Part shown: positions 23,936 to 32,000 of the stretch, piece by piece
Layout of the letters: each line of letters starts with the position of its first letter
How positions within the stretch are numbered: the first letter of the stretch is position 1
Assembly (NCBI RefSeq): GCF_900232105.1
Contig: NZ_LT934425.1
Coordinates: forward strand, 1,710,001 to 1,742,000
Source: Candidatus Kuenenia stuttgartensis
Lineage (GTDB): Bacteria > Planctomycetota > Brocadiia > Brocadiales > Brocadiaceae
Direction: 5' to 3'
DNA: 32,000 nt
Position numbers and translations under genes: made by a program
The notes under the pieces: generated by a model
Database searches by the model: none
What the model was told of the DNA's origin: nothing
What the model saw: only the letters and a program-made list of their open reading frames with translations

Positions 23936-24309
23936 ATATGCGAATATCTATAAGGGCTTCCGTAACAGGCGCTTTAGCCAAGATAGGGTATTTAATCACT
24001 CATGTTCTTCAAAGTTAATGTTTATTTGAAACATTGCTTGTCATATGGAAACAGCTTTACATTGTTCTATTGCCTTTTACAAGAAACGGGCTTTTTATTT
24101 AAACTTTTAATAAATAACACATATGTTGTGTATTTTTTTAGATAAAGAGCTAATTTGTCAATTAAATATAGTGAAAACCAGACAAATATCACCCAAAAAG
24201 CTTGAGAAATAAGGGTTGAGAACAGCATAAAATATGGTATCTTTGCAGAATCCTCGTGGATACCATACTTAATCTTTGAATATTCCAATTTTTTAGATGC
24301 CCCTTTTCT

Positions 24310-25464
24310 ATGAAATTTTATTTGACTAAATTTTTCATAGTTCATTCCTTCATTTTCTTTGCCTGTATAGTCTATGCGGAAAGGGATGAAAAGGAAGTTA
24401 TGCCGTCCGCGCCATTGAGTCTCCAGAAAGAAAGACGTAGCTTTTTCCCGCAGGATTTTTATTTTGACGTTGACGCCATTCTCCCGGAAAAAGATGACGA
24501 GAAGAAATTTGAGTTTCATGGTTTTTTTGCAATCACCACCCCAGTAAAAGGAAGAGATGATGATTCCCAGCAGCCTTCTTCAAAGTTTTTGGAGGGGAAT
24601 GAACTCGTTCTCTGGCTTGGCAAACGTATAACAAAAAAACTCTCTTTTGTATCAGAACTTGAGATTGAAGAGGGATTCAATCAATTTGAATTGGAAACAT
24701 TTCACTTTAATTATGAAATAGTAAGCGATGTACTGCAAATACGCGCAGGCAGGTTTTTGTATCCGTTTGGTATTGAGCGGTTTGCGGAAGAAGGCCCTTT
24801 TAACAAACTTGTGGACCGCCCTTTGCCTTCTATCAGGATTATTCCCGGAACATATTCAGACAATGGGGGAATGTTTTTTGGAACACTTCCTTTATTTTTA
24901 AATACACGGTTTAAATATGAATTCGCGATAACAAATGGACTCAAGGGCCCGGAACCAAATGATGTGCAGAAATTATGGGATAATAATAGCAGCAAGACCC
25001 TGGGGGGAAGAATCGCCTTCGAGTGTTTTCCGGGATTTGAAGTGGGCGGCTCATATTCAAGGGGAAAATATGATGAAAACAACAAACGGGATATAGATTT
25101 TTTAGGCGCTGATTTTCAGTTGAAAAGGGGAAATCTGGAAATCCGGGGGGAATATATTACAAGCAGGGTAGAACAAAAGGCAGAAGATGGGGGGAATTAT
25201 CACAGAAACGGCTATTACGTTCAAACTACTTACCGGTATCCCTTCGATCTGGATTATTTAAAATATCTTGAAGGGGTTTTGCGTTTCGATTCAGTGGATC
25301 CAAACAAAGATATTACAGACGGAAACGAAGCCGACCGGATTGCATTTGGAATAAACTATTCACCCATAAAACAGGTAATATTTAAGTTTGAATATGAAGT
25401 TGAAAATGAGGCGGGAGAAGGTATTCATGGCAAATCTTTTGTTCAGGCAATAGTTAAATGGTAA
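24310..25464 (+). CDS. Outer-membrane beta-barrel porin-like protein (OprO/P-like)
   Basis: Signal peptide MKFYLTKFFIVHSFIFFACIVYA, long alternating hydrophobic/polar strands (GGRIAFECFPGFEVGGSYSRG, LEIRGEYITS, GYYVQTTYRY, RIAFGINYSP, VIFKFEYEVE), and a terminal aromatic ...FVQAIVKW. Confidence 0.7.
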   Translation: MKFYLTKFFIVHSFIFFACIVYAERDEKEVMPSAPLSLQKERRSFFPQDFYFDVDAILPEKDDEKKFEFHGFFAITTPVKGRDDDSQQPSSKFLEGNELVLWLGKRITKKLSFVSELEIEEGFNQFELETFHFNYEIVSDVLQIRAGRFLYPFGIERFAEEGPFNKLVDRPLPSIRIIPGTYSDNGGMFFGTLPLFLNTRFKYEFAITNGLKGPEPNDVQKLWDNNSSKTLGGRIAFECFPGFEVGGSYSRGKYDENNKRDIDFLGADFQLKRGNLEIRGEYITSRVEQKAEDGGNYHRNGYYVQTTYRYPFDLDYLKYLEGVLRFDSVDPNKDITDGNEADRIAFGINYSPIKQVIFKFEYEVENEAGEGIHGKSFVQAIVKW

Positions 25465-25647
25465 GGACTGGTTAATCAGAGGTCAGATTTTTGAAACAGC
25501 AACCTTGCAATGAATTTTATTTAAAATGTATAAACCCTTATTATTCATCCTTCGAGAACCTTACCTGATTAACGATAATGACCCCGCGCTATTTTCTGGT
25601 CGCCTGTTCGTCCTTGCTTTACCTTTTTCCACCACATAAAATAAATT

Positions 25648-27222
25648 ATGCCAAAATTTAAAAAAATATTACATCCTGAGAAATTTAATTTAATTTTATA
25701 CTACACCCTCACAAGCTTTGTAATCATTGTCATATTGAGTTTTGTTATCGGAAAAGTATTTGCCAGACTTGAATCCCAGGAATTGGTTAAGCGAAGCGAA
25801 AAGTACGCACATAATTTTATCACACACATAAATTATGAACTTTATAAAGACTTTCTTATTCCCACCCTGAAAAAATCGGGGAAAATCGATTTGGAAAATA
25901 ATCGAAGGCAATTGAGAAAATTAGACAATACCGTAAAAGAGAATTTGTACGGCTTAAATATAAAAAAACTGTATTTGTACGACCTTGAAGGAAATATTAT
26001 TTATAGCACCCTATCGGAACATATCGGGTTTGCTATAAACCGGGGTGAAAATAAAAAATTAGATTCTGCCATTAACGGCATTCCGGCTTCCGCGCTGCGT
26101 CTCTCGGGCACCGTGGATTCAAAAGGCGCCTACGTTCCGGAAACCTTGCTTGAAAGTTATTACCCCTTTTATGAAATGGATGCGGAGGGAACGAAAAAGG
26201 CGCAGGTTGGGGTATTGGAAATCTACCAGGACATGTCCGCGTTAAAAAAGCAAATCGCAAAGGCACATCAAAAGGCCACCCTCATGACAGGTTCCGCAAT
26301 GGGAGGGTTGTTCATAGCCCTCTATCTGATAGTTCTGAAGGCATCGAGAATTATTGATGCCAGAACACGGCAGTTAACAGAGGCACGCAATACCCTGGAA
26401 CAGAACGTTGAAGAACGAACCCTTGAAATAAGAGAGGCATATAAAAAATTGCAGCATACGCAGCGCAGGTTAGTACAATCTGAAAAATTGGCAAGCATCG
26501 GAACTCTTGCCACAGGACTTGCCCATGAAATAAATAATCCGCTTGCTTCCGTTGCGGGTTGTGCGGAAGGACTGAACGAAAGACTTATCTCAATACTAAA
26601 CCGTCCGGGAAAATATACTGAAAAAGAAGAACTGGAAATTTTCTCTGAATATTTAAAAATAATATCGAATGAAACATACCGTTGCAAATCGATAATCTCA
26701 AACTTACTAAATTTTTCCAGACAATCGGAACCTCATTTTGAGCGAATAGATATAAACAGTATTATCAAAAACACAATCGACTCCCTTCAGTATCACCAAC
26801 CTGAAAACAAGGCAAAACAGAAAATCCAGGTCAATCTGTCGGAAATGCCTTGCGAAATAATCGGAGATCCCCAACAAATAAAACAGGTTTTTATAAACTT
26901 AATCACAAACTCCTTCCATGCAACAGAAGCCGGCGGTGAAATTATTATTGCAACCCTACAGAAAGAAACAACCGTACAGATACTCTTCAGGGATACCGGT
27001 GTTGGCATTAAGCCCGAATATTTGAACAGGATATTCGACCCTTTTTTTACCACCAAACCAACGGAAAAAGGCACAGGAATCGGATTATCCATATGTTATG
27101 GTATCGTCGATATGCATAACGGAAGAATTGATGTGTTCAGCGAAGGTGAGGGAAGAGGCGCCGTCTTTGAAATCACCTTTCCATTAGCGGGAAAGCAAGA
27201 CAATGCAGAAAGGACAGGATAA
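25648..27222 (+). CDS. Sensor histidine kinase with a periplasmic Cache/PDC-like domain
   Basis: Two TM segments flank a ~170-aa sensor domain. H-box LATGLAHEINNPL, N-box FINLITNSFHA, G1 FRDTGVGI, G2 GTGIGLSICYGIV. Confidence 0.9.
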   Translation: MPKFKKILHPEKFNLILYYTLTSFVIIVILSFVIGKVFARLESQELVKRSEKYAHNFITHINYELYKDFLIPTLKKSGKIDLENNRRQLRKLDNTVKENLYGLNIKKLYLYDLEGNIIYSTLSEHIGFAINRGENKKLDSAINGIPASALRLSGTVDSKGAYVPETLLESYYPFYEMDAEGTKKAQVGVLEIYQDMSALKKQIAKAHQKATLMTGSAMGGLFIALYLIVLKASRIIDARTRQLTEARNTLEQNVEERTLEIREAYKKLQHTQRRLVQSEKLASIGTLATGLAHEINNPLASVAGCAEGLNERLISILNRPGKYTEKEELEIFSEYLKIISNETYRCKSIISNLLNFSRQSEPHFERIDINSIIKNTIDSLQYHQPENKAKQKIQVNLSEMPCEIIGDPQQIKQVFINLITNSFHATEAGGEIIIATLQKETTVQILFRDTGVGIKPEYLNRIFDPFFTTKPTEKGTGIGLSICYGIVDMHNGRIDVFSEGEGRGAVFEITFPLAGKQDNAERTG

Positions 27223-27229
27223 TTGCCCT

Positions 27230-28576
27230 ATGAGTAAAAAACCTACTATTTTATTTACCGACGATGAAGGCACCTTTAGAAACATTATGTCCAAGGAACT
27301 CGACCGGATGGGATATAATGTGACGTGTTGCGCCAGTGGACAGGAAACGATAAAGAATATGCAGGAACGGGATTACGATGTGGCGATACTCGATATGAAT
27401 ATGCCTGTCATGAACGGCATTGAGACCTTAAAAAAAGTGAAAACCATTGAACCCACCACCGAAGTAATAATACTGACAGGACAAGGTTCTATTGAGAATG
27501 CCGTTCAGGCTATAAAGCTGGGCGCATATGACTACCTGACAAAACCATGCCAGCTCAAAGAGCTTGATTTATTATTGCAAAGGGCATTGGAAAAAAGAAA
27601 ACTCAGCAGGGAAAATTTTCATCTCAAGACACTGGTACATGACGTACAAAAACCTTCTTCTATGATAGGAAACAGCCCGGCAATAAAAGCGGTATTTAAA
27701 ATGATCGATAAAACTGCGCCATCTGACGTTACCGTGCTGATCCAAGGAGAAAGCGGCACGGGAAAAGAGCTTGCCGCAAAAATGATACACCAATACAGCA
27801 AAAGAGCGGACAAACCGTTTGTAATAGTAAATTGCGCCACCCTACAGGAATCCTTATTGGAAAGCGAACTCTTCGGGCACGTGAAAGGCGCTTTTACCGG
27901 TGCAGCGGAATCCAGGGTTGGATTATTCGAAATTGCAGAAGGGGGCACACTCTTCCTTGATGAAATCGGCGAATTAACCGTTAACACGCAGGCAAAACTG
28001 CTTCGTGTAATACAATCGGGTGAAATACGGCGTGTTGGTGATAATCGTGTTATCACCGTGGATGCAAGGATTATTGCTGCTACGCATAAAAATCTGCCCC
28101 TAGAGGTTAAGGAAGGCAGATTCAGAGAAGACTTGTATTTTCGTTTAAACGTTATCACCTTGCGCCTGCCTTCTTTACGCGAAAGGAAAGATGACTTAAC
28201 GGCTTTAATTCAGCATTTTCTCCAAAAATTTTGCAAAGGGGAACGAACCATGGATATGCACCCGGAAGCGTTACACGCTATGACGCTCTACGACTGGCCG
28301 GGAAACATTCGGGAACTGGAAAATACTATTGAACGCACTGTTGTACTAGCAGACGGAAATATTATCAGCATAGAGGAATTGCCTGACAATATCCGCGGGA
28401 GGACATATGAACACTATGGTAAAAATGGGGAAATCGCGCTTTCTGAAGTGGAAAAGAATCATATTATACAAGTATTGAAAGAAAAAAACTGGCACAAACC
28501 CCTTGCGGCAAAAACGCTGGGCATCTCCCTGAAAACCTTATATAATAAAATGAAAATGTATAATATTGATTTATAA
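27230..28576 (+). CDS. Sigma-54-dependent response regulator (NtrC/ZraR/AtoC type)
   Basis: Receiver domain (ILFTDDE, AILDMNMPVMNG, LTKP). AAA+ domain with GESGTGKE, GAFTGA, LFLDEIGE and the arginine-finger region. C-terminal Fis-type HTH AAKTLGISLKTLYNKMK. The ATG at 27230 follows the kinase stop (27220-27222). The ORF track's 27203 start overlaps the kinase. Confidence 0.9.
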   Translation: MSKKPTILFTDDEGTFRNIMSKELDRMGYNVTCCASGQETIKNMQERDYDVAILDMNMPVMNGIETLKKVKTIEPTTEVIILTGQGSIENAVQAIKLGAYDYLTKPCQLKELDLLLQRALEKRKLSRENFHLKTLVHDVQKPSSMIGNSPAIKAVFKMIDKTAPSDVTVLIQGESGTGKELAAKMIHQYSKRADKPFVIVNCATLQESLLESELFGHVKGAFTGAAESRVGLFEIAEGGTLFLDEIGELTVNTQAKLLRVIQSGEIRRVGDNRVITVDARIIAATHKNLPLEVKEGRFREDLYFRLNVITLRLPSLRERKDDLTALIQHFLQKFCKGERTMDMHPEALHAMTLYDWPGNIRELENTIERTVVLADGNIISIEELPDNIRGRTYEHYGKNGEIALSEVEKNHIIQVLKEKNWHKPLAAKTLGISLKTLYNKMKMYNIDL

Positions 28577-28590
28577 ATCCCCTTTTTAAG

Positions 28591-28738
28591 CTACACTTTA
28601 GTTTTTTGAAAAATTCCAATAAAAACGATGTTTTGCCACACCGTGTAGTGAGCGAAGCATTCGCTGTAAATTGTCATAAATGCGTTCACACCCAAACGGG
28701 CAAATACTTCGCCCCTTTTTCAAAAACTAAAGTGTTAC
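28591..28738. repeat. ~150-bp inverted-repeat element of the same family as 12912-13073
   Basis: Outer arms acactttagttttttgaaaaa (28593-28613) and tttttcaaaaactaaagtgt (28716-28735). The inner tgtag-tg-agcgaa-gca-ttcgct hairpin (28644-28665) is paired with gggcaaatacttcgcccc (28698-28715). Confidence 0.8.
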
Positions 28739-28895
28739 AGATTATTTAGATTTGACAAAATATTTCTCAGCTATTAGGATATATTGTTCCTTTAAAACGG
28801 CATGCCTTTTCCGATTTCTCCTTCGCACTCAGTAAAAAGAGTGATGGGAAAAACTTGCGAAATAGATTTTTTACCGGACAGCACTATAAATACAA

Positions 28896-29294
28896 ATGAA
28901 TACACTATCAGTAAAAACGCGGGCAAAAACAGAGTTTATCGATATCACCGGTGAAGTTCATGCCATTGTGCATAAAACGGGCATTATGGAAGGAATGTGT
29001 TTTGTTTACGTGCCGCACACTACCGCCGCTGTTACCATCAATGAAAACGCCGACCCCTCCGTAAGAAAAGATATTGTTGATGAGATAAATAAAATAGTAC
29101 CATGGAATGATCACTACGCCCATTTGGAAGGGAATTCAGCCTCACATATCAAGGCATCCGTTTTCGGTGCAGCTTCCGCCATCCCTATTTCTCAGGGAAG
29201 GTTAGCGCTTGGGACATGGCAGGGGATTTACTTCTGTGAATTTGATGGCCCAAGGAACAGAGAGGTATTGGTACAAACGGTTAAAAGTGAGTAA
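28896..29294 (+). CDS. yjbQ: YjbQ/UPF0047-family protein (secondary thiamine-phosphate synthase-like)
   Basis: FIDITGEV, FVYVPHTTAAVTINENADPSV, HLEGNSASHIKAS and LALGTWQGIYFCEFDGPR are the family signature. Confidence 0.85.
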   Translation: MNTLSVKTRAKTEFIDITGEVHAIVHKTGIMEGMCFVYVPHTTAAVTINENADPSVRKDIVDEINKIVPWNDHYAHLEGNSASHIKASVFGAASAIPISQGRLALGTWQGIYFCEFDGPRNREVLVQTVKSE

Positions 29295-30066
29295 TATACA
29301 AACAAAACAAATAATCCCCCTGGAATACCGCTGGAACATAAAGGATGCTATTAAGGTACTCACAACCTACATGGTCTTTACGTTCGCCGGGATGCCGATA
29401 CTCATCAGCTTTATTCAAACCGTTTTTGGTTTCGAGATACAAACCGCTTCCCCTTCATTTCGCACGATGATCTTGTTTGTCTCTTTCCTTGCCAACCTGT
29501 TAATATGTCTCTATATATGCTATATCGTTCGTTTTGAGTATGGACAATCTATTGTCAATTTAGGGCTAACGCTTGTCAATATCGCCGACAATATTAAAAT
29601 AGGGTTGAAAAGATACCTTGTCACAATACCTGTAATAATGCTGGCCGGTTTTATCATAAACGCGGTGTTTAGTTATTATGGTATAATGCCGGAGATACAG
29701 GACGTGGTACAGTGGGTATTGGCCGAGGATTCGGCCATCGTTTTGGCATGTCTCATATTTTTTGGCATTATTGTCGCACCAATTATGGAAGAAATCATAT
29801 TCCGTGGATTTTTAGTCCCTGCGCTGAAAAGTTACTTTGGAATACGATACGCCATTTTTATAAGCGCTGCCGTTTTTGCCGCGGTACACATGGATATGTT
29901 TGCGTTTTTGCAAATATTTATCCTTGGAGTTCTTTTGGGATATTTATATGAGAAAACACAATCCCTTGCCGCCTCCATAGTGGTACATATTTTACATAAT
30001 TCCTTAACACTGGCTCTTTTGATGTACTTTAAGTTCTTTATGGACAGCAAAGTACCGGTGTTTTAA
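29287..30066 (+). CDS. CPBP-family intramembrane glutamic endopeptidase (CAAX protease-like)
   Basis: Motif 1 APIMEEIIFRGF, motif 2 FAAVH, motif 3 HILHNS, in a polytopic membrane protein. The start is uncertain: GTG 29287 overlaps the yjbQ stop, ATG 29371 is possible, and the ORF track's 29209 lies well inside yjbQ. Confidence 0.75.
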   Translation: MSNIQTKQIIPLEYRWNIKDAIKVLTTYMVFTFAGMPILISFIQTVFGFEIQTASPSFRTMILFVSFLANLLICLYICYIVRFEYGQSIVNLGLTLVNIADNIKIGLKRYLVTIPVIMLAGFIINAVFSYYGIMPEIQDVVQWVLAEDSAIVLACLIFFGIIVAPIMEEIIFRGFLVPALKSYFGIRYAIFISAAVFAAVHMDMFAFLQIFILGVLLGYLYEKTQSLAASIVVHILHNSLTLALLMYFKFFMDSKVPVF

Positions 30067-30099
30067 AAAATTATAACAAATTAATTTTATCGCTTAATT

Positions 30100-30130
30100 A
30101 TACTGCCTGCAAAAAACGGCAGTATATTTT
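30100..30130 (+). terminator. Candidate intrinsic terminator after the CPBP gene
   Basis: atactgcc-tgcaaaaaac-ggcagtat (8-bp stem) followed by ATTTT, 34 nt after the stop. Confidence 0.4.
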
Positions 30131-30151
30131 CCAATAGGAGACGCACCGCCT

Positions 30152-31366
30152 ATGCCGAAAGACGTAAATGAACAAATGGAAATCTTGCTGCGCGGAACAG
30201 TAGATATTGTTTCTAAAGGTGAACTGATAAAAAAAATAGACCGCTCAATGCAGGAAAAAAGGCCGCTTCGCGTAAAACTGGGGCTTGACCCCACTGCGCC
30301 GGATATCCATATAGGGAATGCCATCCCAATTCACAAATTACGGGCGTTCCAGTCGCTGGGGCACACGGCCATTCTCATCATCGGCGACTATACGGCCGTC
30401 GTGGGCGACCCTTCGGGAGTAAACAAGACACGACCAATGATAACGCACGATAAGGTTCTGGAAAACGCGAAAACGTACCTTACCCAGGCTGGGAAAATAC
30501 TCGATATGGATAAGACAGAGGTCGTTTATAACAGCAAATGGTTCAAATCAATGACCTTTAACGACGTCATCCAACTCGTCTCAAAAATGACCGTTGCGCG
30601 AATGATGGAACGGGACGACTTTTCGAAGCGTTATAAGGCAGGTTCTCCCATCAGTCTGCATGAATTTATCTATCCGCTGATGCAGGGATACGACTCCATT
30701 ATGGTAAAGAACGACGTTGAACTTGGGGGTACCGATCAATTATTCAGTCTGCTTGTGGGAAGGGATTTACAGAAGGACGCCGGCATGGAACCGCAGGTAG
30801 TACTTACCACCTCGCTCCTGGAAGGAATCGATGGCAATAAGAAGATGAGTAAAAGCCTAAACAACTACATCGGCATCACCGAACCGCCGCGGGAAATGTT
30901 CGGCAAGGTAATGTCCATCCCCGATAATTTAATGCGCAAATACTTTGAGCTTGCGACGGATGTAAGCATTGAAGATATACAGCAGTTGCTTGACGAAAAA
31001 ACCCATCCACGCACAGCAAAGGTTGCGCTTGCAAAGGCCATAGTAACTCGCTACCACAACCTCCAGGCAGCGGAAGCCGCCGCGGAAGAATTTGACCGTG
31101 TTTTTAAAGAAGGCGCACTTCCGGACGAAATACCCATTATCTCCATACCTGACGGCGAACTTGAAAACGGCAAAATATGGATCACGAAACTCATAGTAAG
31201 CTGTAAATTTGCCGCTACAAACGGCGAGGCGCGCCGGTTGATCCAACAAGGCGGTGTATCTGTAAACAGTGAAACCATTAATGACCCCACGCTAAATATA
31301 GAAATTACGCCGGGTATGACCCTTAAAGTGGGAAAACGCAGATTTGCAAAAATAGTGTTGCAATAG
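30152..31366 (+). CDS. tyrS: Tyrosine--tRNA ligase
   Basis: Class I HIGN (DPTAPDIHIGNAIP) and KMSKS motifs, GDYTAVVGDPSG, and a C-terminal S4-like domain (NGEARRLIQQGGVSVN). Confidence 0.95.
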   Translation: MPKDVNEQMEILLRGTVDIVSKGELIKKIDRSMQEKRPLRVKLGLDPTAPDIHIGNAIPIHKLRAFQSLGHTAILIIGDYTAVVGDPSGVNKTRPMITHDKVLENAKTYLTQAGKILDMDKTEVVYNSKWFKSMTFNDVIQLVSKMTVARMMERDDFSKRYKAGSPISLHEFIYPLMQGYDSIMVKNDVELGGTDQLFSLLVGRDLQKDAGMEPQVVLTTSLLEGIDGNKKMSKSLNNYIGITEPPREMFGKVMSIPDNLMRKYFELATDVSIEDIQQLLDEKTHPRTAKVALAKAIVTRYHNLQAAEAAAEEFDRVFKEGALPDEIPIISIPDGELENGKIWITKLIVSCKFAATNGEARRLIQQGGVSVNSETINDPTLNIEITPGMTLKVGKRRFAKIVLQ

Positions 31367-31569
31367 TAATTGCGCAGGGTGCATTCCCCCCGTTTTTCGG
31401 TAAAAACATTAAACGCAGAGGATTGAATGAGAGACAGAGGTTATAGGTTATATTATTTTCTATCAATCTTACTAAAGAAGGGTTCGCTTAAACAAAAACA
31501 ATACAAGTATTATACAAAAATAGTAGCCGACCCTATTTTACTCCATAATGGGTGATTCCACTCATCTTC

Positions 31570-31926
31570 CTAATGTAATGTTCTTTGGCGGATACACCTT
31601 CTTTCTACAACTGTAAACTTATGCAATATTTGTAAACGGCCACTCCTAAGGATATCTAATAAAATTTGAGCAGGCTCTTCAGGTGTAAAAGGATCTAAAC
31701 GGAAATATACAACGCCAACAGGAGTTACTGATCTATACTTATAGATCAATTCTCCATAATCTTTGTCAAACGTCAAAATTATCCGATTTTCCTCATAAGC
31801 ACGCTTTAAAACATTGAAATCTTTGAGTCCAGGCGTATCTTCAATTACAGATGCTACATTATGACCGTTACCACGTAAGATTCGAATACTGACGCCCGGA
31901 AAATTTTCATTTGCCAAAAAATCCAT
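31570..31926 (-). CDS. DUF5615-family PIN-like protein (putative toxin)
   Basis: MDFLANENFP...GHNV...NRIILTFDKDYGELI...GVVYFRL matches the DUF5615 pattern. I prefer ATG 31926 over the ORF-track start at 31974 because it overlaps the upstream stop (TGATG). Confidence 0.7.
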   Translation of the reverse strand: MDFLANENFPGVSIRILRGNGHNVASVIEDTPGLKDFNVLKRAYEENRIILTFDKDYGELIYKYRSVTPVGVVYFRLDPFTPEEPAQILLDILRSGRLQILHKFTVVERRCIRQRTLH

Positions 31927-32000
31927 CAATTTGTCCCTGAAGGAATTGTATATAATGCTTCTTCGCGCATGCACTCGGCTGAAAAGGCAAATACAGCACG
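31926..32000 (-). CDS. C-terminal 24 codons of an upstream gene, possibly a DUF433-type antitoxin
   Basis: The reverse strand reads ...RAVFAFSAECMREEALYTIPSGTN-stop, with the TGA overlapping the toxin ATG. The tail loosely resembles the ...AALAYAAE... end of DUF433 proteins, but the fragment is too short to be sure. Confidence 0.3.
   Translation of the reverse strand, partial: RAVFAFSAECMREEALYTIPSGTN

Noticed and set aside
24235-24247. Sigma-54-like TGGTATCTTTGCA upstream of the porin
   Set aside because: The spacing between GG and GC is 3 nt too short. The sequence is better explained as the left arm of the tatggtatc/gataccata inverted repeat.
24067-24519. 150-aa minus-strand ORF overlapping the porin start
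   Set aside because: It overlaps the 5' end of the porin gene, which has a signal peptide and beta-barrel pattern. The product is Lys/Phe-rich as expected from AT-rich non-coding DNA, and it has no SD.
27619-28158. 179-aa minus-strand ORF
   Set aside because: It is antisense to the AAA+ domain of the sigma-54 regulator.
28845-28858. Sigma-54-like TGGGAAAAACTTGC upstream of yjbQ
   Set aside because: The GG-to-GC spacing is 1 nt shorter than the strictly conserved TGGCAC-N5-TTGC geometry. A TTGACA-17-TAGGAT sigma-70-like pair at about 28752-28780 is an alternative.
1-32000. Search for tRNA, rRNA, tmRNA or riboswitch-like sequences in the intergenic regions
   Set aside because: I saw no GTTCGAATC-type T-arm, cloverleaf-compatible segment or recognisable conserved RNA motif. 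By-eye scanning is insensitive, so tRNAscan- or Infernal-type tools should confirm this.

Overview
AT-rich bacterial chromosomal window, roughly 40% G+C by eye, densely coding on both strands. All family calls come from reading motifs in the supplied translations; no searches were run.

Housekeeping genes recognised: membrane pyrophosphatase hppA, rsfS, rpsU, trpD, pyruvoyl arginine decarboxylase pdaD, argJ, miaB, mazG and tyrS. Also present are an isochorismatase-family hydrolase, a CPA1 Na+/H+ antiporter, a DEDDh exonuclease, a beta-barrel porin, a sensor kinase with a sigma-54 (NtrC-type) response regulator, YjbQ, a CPBP protease, and a DUF5615 PIN-like toxin at the right edge.

The left third (1-10229) is the least ordinary part:
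- a G+C-richer orphan gene fragment
- a 3'-truncated DUF4338/ISAs1-type transposase gene
- a 1336-aa membrane protein that appears to fuse two GT-C (ArnT/PMT-like) glycosyltransferase modules to two tandem PA14 domains
- a secreted DUF4159 protein
- a divergently transcribed three-gene ABC operon whose permease has a large insert and whose third gene I cannot place

This cluster is my best candidate for an undescribed envelope glycosylation or export system, but that reading is inference only.

Two dispersed repeat families sit in the intergenic DNA. The first is GTAG-headed palindromic hairpins, some arranged as nested inverted doublets (REP/REPIN-like), at 12771-13073, 14208, 19277, 23864 and 28591. 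The second is degenerate heptanucleotide arrays at 6971-7054 and 21267-21322.

Gene decay is visible. An NCS2 purine permease is broken by two frameshifts and two deletions. The antiporter may carry an in-frame deletion. rsfS lacks a canonical start codon where one is expected.

I found no rRNA, tRNA or CRISPR array and no convincing sigma-54 promoter. Gene content and repeat style remind me of Planctomycetota (anammox-type genomes), but I cannot verify that from here.
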